Assembly: GCA_020137815.1 (NCBI GenBank)
Contig: CM035352.1
Span: 5,332,001 to 5,396,000 of the forward strand
Length of the DNA stretch: 64,000 nucleotides
Reading direction: 5' to 3'
Source: Hormiphora californensis
Lineage: Eukaryota > Animalia > Ctenophora
Below are positions 57,945 to 64,000 of this stretch, one piece after another (position 1 is the first letter of the stretch; each line of letters begins with the position of its first letter). The translations under genes and the position numbers were made by a program. The notes beneath the pieces are model-generated. The model saw only the letters and a program-made list of their open reading frames with translations, was not told where the DNA came from and did no database searches.

Positions 57945-58962
57945 TTTAGGATACTGGTTAAGTGACTTGTCATAGTTTAGTAAAATCAAGTTGTATTATT
58001 GTAGAATTTTCCCAGGAGATTTTCACACGTAATACCTCTATACCGGAAAAATAGCGGACATGAGTGCCTAAAAGAAGTCGAAAGCAAATAGCAGTTTCGA
58101 GATATCAGATAGGTATAAGGGCAAATGCAGCTGTTGACATGTTCCCGGTGTGAGCTTACGCGAGCCCGAAGTGCCGAACAGACAGACTGCTTAGCATGGC
58201 AATGCAGCTGCACCTATCCGTAATATGCAAAATTATGTCATGTGTGGCAATGGCGCGATCTTAAAAATGTAGTCTCAACGACTCAAAATTGGATTTAGAG
58301 ATAAAATTGGAGGCAGGACAATGACGTCAAAAATACCCTAACAGTAATACACTAACCTGGAGGCTCCAGTCAGTTGCATAACGCTATGGTGGGTACGTAT
58401 AATACAGGTGTTTTAGGTTTACACTATGAGAGCAAAGGCGGTCGGCGAGGGATTTAACAAGAATGAGTAAAGCAAACCTAGCAAGATTTTCATGACCTAA
58501 TGTTTCCCCAGATAGTTTACTATATCTATATCATGCATCCCAAACACACTTCCCTTCCATAGAATGCCAAATCAATAACGGGCTCAATAGAAAACTGTTA
58601 TAGAGCCCTTGACATGGAAATGGTTGCCAGTAATAAGCTGTACCGTGCTCCCATGTTCCGTATTCGAGTTCCTGCCAACCACAGTACAGCTATATATGAT
58701 ATGCCTCTTGAGTCGATTTTTAGCGACTTCTTGGGCTTCGATTGTCATTATGAATTGGCAGCTTTAAAAAATTAGGTAGCTATTATATATGTTGCTATCT
58801 ATTGACTAATTATATTCTCGTGGTTTCGGAATTGGGGAATTATCGGACTGCCTTACCCTCTGTGGAATACTAGTTCCAACAGTAACTTGGGAGAAATATC
58901 TGTCCACGGTACTGGTAGTGACTTGGTCCCAGGCCAGGACCACACAGGAATTCATTGCTATT

Positions 58963-59775
<813 letters not shown>

Positions 59776-60477
59776 CAATTGAAATGTGTGTCAAAGATCA
59801 TAAAGGTAGATATTGAATCTGACAGGTAAAGAAAATGAAAAAAGAATCAAAGCAACTAGCAAATCCCTTATCTCTATCTCACATGCAGTTCCTATGACAG
59901 AAATAACAATCCTGGATCGGATAACGGATATTCCTAGATCTGAGATAATGGAGGGGGGGGCTGGAGATATTATAAAACTTCCCGTTTTCTTCAACAAAAT
60001 CCAAATCAGATGGAGACGGCTTCCGCATACATTTCAGTTTGATATCATTTCACATTTTAATATGACTTTCAAGTCTCGGGATAGGTGTCCGACAGCAACA
60101 TTAAGATTTATAGAAAGTTTTCTCCTTAAATGTCTTGGTCCGAAATATATCAACGCGGTCACGCCGGGGAGGAAGGGGGACCATTTTAACCGTTATGACC
60201 ATATTTGGCCCGAAGTCTCGTTTTCTCTTTTACCGGCACCAATATAACAACTTCTCTATAACTAAAAATACTCCTGTTTCAAATAGATATTAGTCTTTCT
60301 TCGTCAGACTTTCTTAGCAGCCATAACCATGTTTGGTCCTCTTTCCCGGTTTTAAGTTTTGCTATTTTCTAGTTGGTGAAGTTTTTTTTTGTGAATGAGT
60401 TTCATTATTTCCCTGTCCGCCTTATTAGAGTTGCTCCTTCTTCATTTCTAGAAATACTTAAGTATCTCAGAGTTGTA

Positions 60478-61399
60478 TTAGGTTGTCCAAGAAATAATGT
60501 CGCGAGCCGATTTCTCCAACTTAACTCAACAATTTCGGTATACAACTTTTTCTAGCGCCTTGATCTAATCCTTGTCTGTATATAACAAGTTTCTGTTTTG
60601 AAAAATTTGATATTTGACGTCCCTTGGTGAACCCGGAAAAATTGCAAAAAATTTTGCCGCTGAACGAGATTTCCGTGCATGTTAAAAAAACTGCTATAGT
60701 TATTTAATAAAGCATCTGTAAGATTTTTAATGACATCAAGCTTGTTTATTAGACAAATATCTATCGTTTGAGTGGTGAATGAAGTCACAGATCCAATTTG
60801 TCTCGGAGCTATGGAGCTCTGAAAAATTTTGGTCAAAATCGGAAATTTTCACTTCCGGGATACTTCAGGTTTGATTGGATTGGTGAAAGATAAATTTTTT
60901 GATGGTAATTAATAGTCCCAACTAAGCTTTTAACCGTAGTGAAGTTAACTTTCGGCTTTGGAAAGGTTTTGAAGTGAAAAAATGCTGTTTTTTGAAAGTC
61001 CCGATTTTTGGGTCCAAAATCGAGGTAAAATTTTTCGTTTTTTCACTTTTTTGGGCTAAATTTACTAAGTTTGCCGTTTCCATAGAACGCGTCGAGACTA
61101 TCGCATGGGTACTATATCTTTGGACGATGGGCTATCGATTGACGCCATTTAGAGTTCTGGAAACTTAAATGGCTTCCTTCCAGCGACGTTTTAAAATTTG
61201 CAAAACTCCCGTTCAGCGGCAGAGCGACTTCCGGTGACAAATTACCCAAATACGGGCAATGAAAATATTAGTATGAAATTCTAAATGTGTTTTCCAGACG
61301 GGAAATTGTCTACTGAACAAGATAGAACAAGTTAAAAGTCGCTAACTCATGCATTTCTACAAAAAATCGTAAGACGACATTATTTCCTGGACAACCTAA
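60478..61399. mobile_element. Non-autonomous Tc1/mariner element, 922 bp
   Basis: TIR TTAGGTTGTCCARGAAATAATGTCG; TA TSD on both sides; TTAGGTTG terminus is typical of mariners; no transposase ORF. Confidence 0.88.
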
Positions 61400-62537
61400 T
61401 ATTTCCTTACCTAGGTGATCTGAGCTGCAGGCGTGATCTGAGCTGCAGGCGTGTCCCCAATATTTTGGGTTTCAAGTCACACGCACTCCCTGCACACGCC
61501 ACACGTCCTACATCTCCAGTCACGTGATCGCCAACCAATTATAGAGCCTGGGGTGAGAGGATACATGGCGGGGTTGGGTGGTAGTAGTGGTTTAAAATGG
61601 ACTTGTCTAGACAGACACCCTGTTTTGTGATGTCAATCTGGTTGTTGTTCACACTTCACCAGATTGATCACAGTTCATACCCGCCCTTGGCCTTGTACTT
61701 TGCAGTTTGCTGTTTGTAGCCTTTCCCAAAACTCATACTGGAGAATTTTCTAACGACCTCAGACCAAATTCAAGTCATTAGCTAGTTTATACATTGGCTG
61801 CTGCAGTGATCTGAAGGTAGAAAACAATGTTTATACTCCAATTAACAATGTTTATACTCCAAGCAATACTCCTAACCAATCACTCTCTAACTTTATTATA
61901 CTACTTTATTGATAGCCAATCATTTAGTCCCGCCGTCCCTAGACTAACCAGTTAATAGAGCTTCCTTTTGTGGCGGCAATGAGTGTGTGTGTGTGTGCCT
62001 AGATATGACGTGTGTCAGGGGACTTCTCAGGGACAAGGGGGGACCGTAAATTAGATTTTTTACCCCCTCTTCCTCCTACTCTCTCTCTCCCTTCTCTCTC
62101 TCCCACTATTATCCACGTTCTCTCCCAGTTTGCGGTGGGACTGTCTCATTTGTTTTTCTCACAAGTCTGTTAGTTTTTGCCCATGTCCATTATTGAATCT
62201 TTTATCACTTCCCTTTCTCTCGATCGATTGGCGCCTTGCTACCCATTGTACGGCTTATGAATTGTTGTCAGTCCCCCCCCCCTCAGACAAGGGGCTGCTC
62301 CCGTTCATTGCCAGACCTCACTTATGTGTTTTCCGACAGGAGATGTTGTCTCGAATACACGCTTCAGGGGGGATGGGTCAATATATCAGCTGTGTCTTCC
62401 CACGCTCTTCACTATTGCATGCCCCCCCCCCCTCTACATTTTCTCAGACTTTGTTGGGGTTTGTAATTTCTCTCTCTCTCTCTCTCTCTCACTATGTACA
62501 GCTTCAAAGTTCAATCTTTCTCTCTCCTTCTATTCCA

Positions 62538-62641
<104 letters not shown>

Positions 62642-63199
62642 TGGCCGTTCTCTTGCCAGATTTCTATCATTGTCTATATATTCCGGTCCTGGGGTCCGGG
62701 GGGCTGGCTAAAGGGGAAGGTACAGAGAGGCAGGGAAGGGGAAGAGACGGAGGAGAGCTTGGGGACGACGAATATGACGGTGTCCCGCTACCCGGTTGGG
62801 TTTGGGAAGATTGGCACGGAGAGAGGGGTAGGCGGAGATGGAGATTGCAGAGGTAAAGAAAGACGGAAAGGGCTTAAGCTGTTCCTCATCTTGCGCCAGG
62901 TTCACTTTAGCCCTTTCCCTCCTTGTGCCATTGCTTACAACGTCATTCCATTTATCCGGGTTGCTCTCCCGTTTGGATCCCGGCTTTTCCACGAAGGGAT
63001 GCAGTGATTAACTCACGTTTGGGACCCCTCTAAACTGGCTAAAAGCAAACCCCGTCACACATGCTTGGGAAATTGCCATGTTCTATCGGTCGGGACCATC
63101 CCGGGGTCTTGGCAAGTCTGACCTTCTCGAAAAATAACCCTCCAATCCGCTGCTATTCCTAAGTAACTGCATTGGTCCTCCTTCGGTGCGCAAGCAGCT

Positions 63200-63630
63200 T
63201 TAATGCTTTTTACAAGCGGACAACGGGAAAGAGGAATTTGCGAAGATGTTGGGTGTGAGGGAGAAAAGAGGAAAAAATTTTTGACCTTTGAAAAAGAAAG
63301 AAGTCAAATTTTTTAAAAAACCCTTTTTCCAAAAATAGGAAACTTTCTTTTCCCTTTATTGGGGCTGGTTTTTTGCTCTTTCCCTTTTTTCCCCCCCCTT
63401 TTTTCCCTTTTCCCCAAAAGACCCAAAATTCAGCCATTTTAAAAAAAAAGCAGGTCCCGTCAACATGGTCTTTTCGGTAAAGGAGAAGGGACAAGAAGAG
63501 GAGAGAGAGGGAGAGGAAAAGGAGAGAGAGAAAGAATAGAAGGGGAGAAGATAAGAGAGAAAGAGGAGATAAAGGGAAAAAAAGGGAGAAACGGAGAGGT
63601 AGAAGGGGGAAAGAAAAAGGGCAGTTTTTT
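63200..63630. other. Second low-quality, homopolymer-rich segment
   Basis: Same run-length inflation as 15.3-19.4 kb. Confidence 0.65.
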
Positions 63631-64000
63631 CATCGATCAGGGGTTCCCCTGGTTTAATGTCACGTGTTTCTCGAAAGATATCCCGTGTTCTATTGTCCCT
63701 CTTTAAAGCCTACCCGCTTCTCTCCACCCTTTTACCCTCGCCAGCTGTCAGCATATCGTCCTCTTTCTTGGTCCCGCCCTATCCTATAACTGTGAAAAAG
63801 TCTGTACATCCTTCTCCGCTCTACAGCCTCTTGTCAGCAGCTCCTAATGTGCTATTCATGTACGCTCGCGTATCTGCTATGTCCTACTATACATGCATGT
63901 CAATCACCTCTCTGCTATAAACCCTGACTCAGCAAGTTAATTCCGTGAATAGAACTTGCAGTGGCCTCTTCGGGAGCAGCAGCTCTAGATGTTTAGGAAG

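Noticed and set aside
59813-60247. 144-aa ORF, and ORFs at 62130-63920
   Set aside because: No recognisable motifs; the opposite-strand frames have stops; probably decayed repeat sequence

Overview
Eukaryotic, intron-containing, repeat-rich animal DNA. It is most likely a ctenophore of the Pleurobrachia type, inferred from a 43-nt sequence I recall as the ctenophore spliced leader and from the MITE families; neither was database-checked. Genes found: a tightly packed minus-strand cluster NUP42 (single exon), ATP synthase subunit d and the N-terminal part of Domino/SRCAP; a multi-exon p90 RSK kinase; a plus-strand FAM149-family ciliary gene that the ORF track misses; and two tandem, intron-rich, bacterial-type BCCT transporters. 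The rest is MITEs, foldback elements, Helentron-like elements, LINE fragments and micro/minisatellites. About 15.3-19.45 kb and 63.2-63.6 kb look like low-quality consensus, and 17.9-25.2 kb is a 3.6-3.7 kb duplication that may be two haplotypes joined end to end. Strongest leads: (1) a complete spliced-leader-like sequence fused to a retroelement-like ORF, together with an operon-like gene cluster, pointing to SL trans-splicing plus retro-recycling; (2) ten tandem RFX X-boxes in an intron of the ciliary gene; (3) BCCT transporters with a Cys-rich loop and a PLAC8-like tail; (4) a tiny element with 8-bp TSDs and no real TIRs. Splice sites were read by eye and may be off by a few nt.
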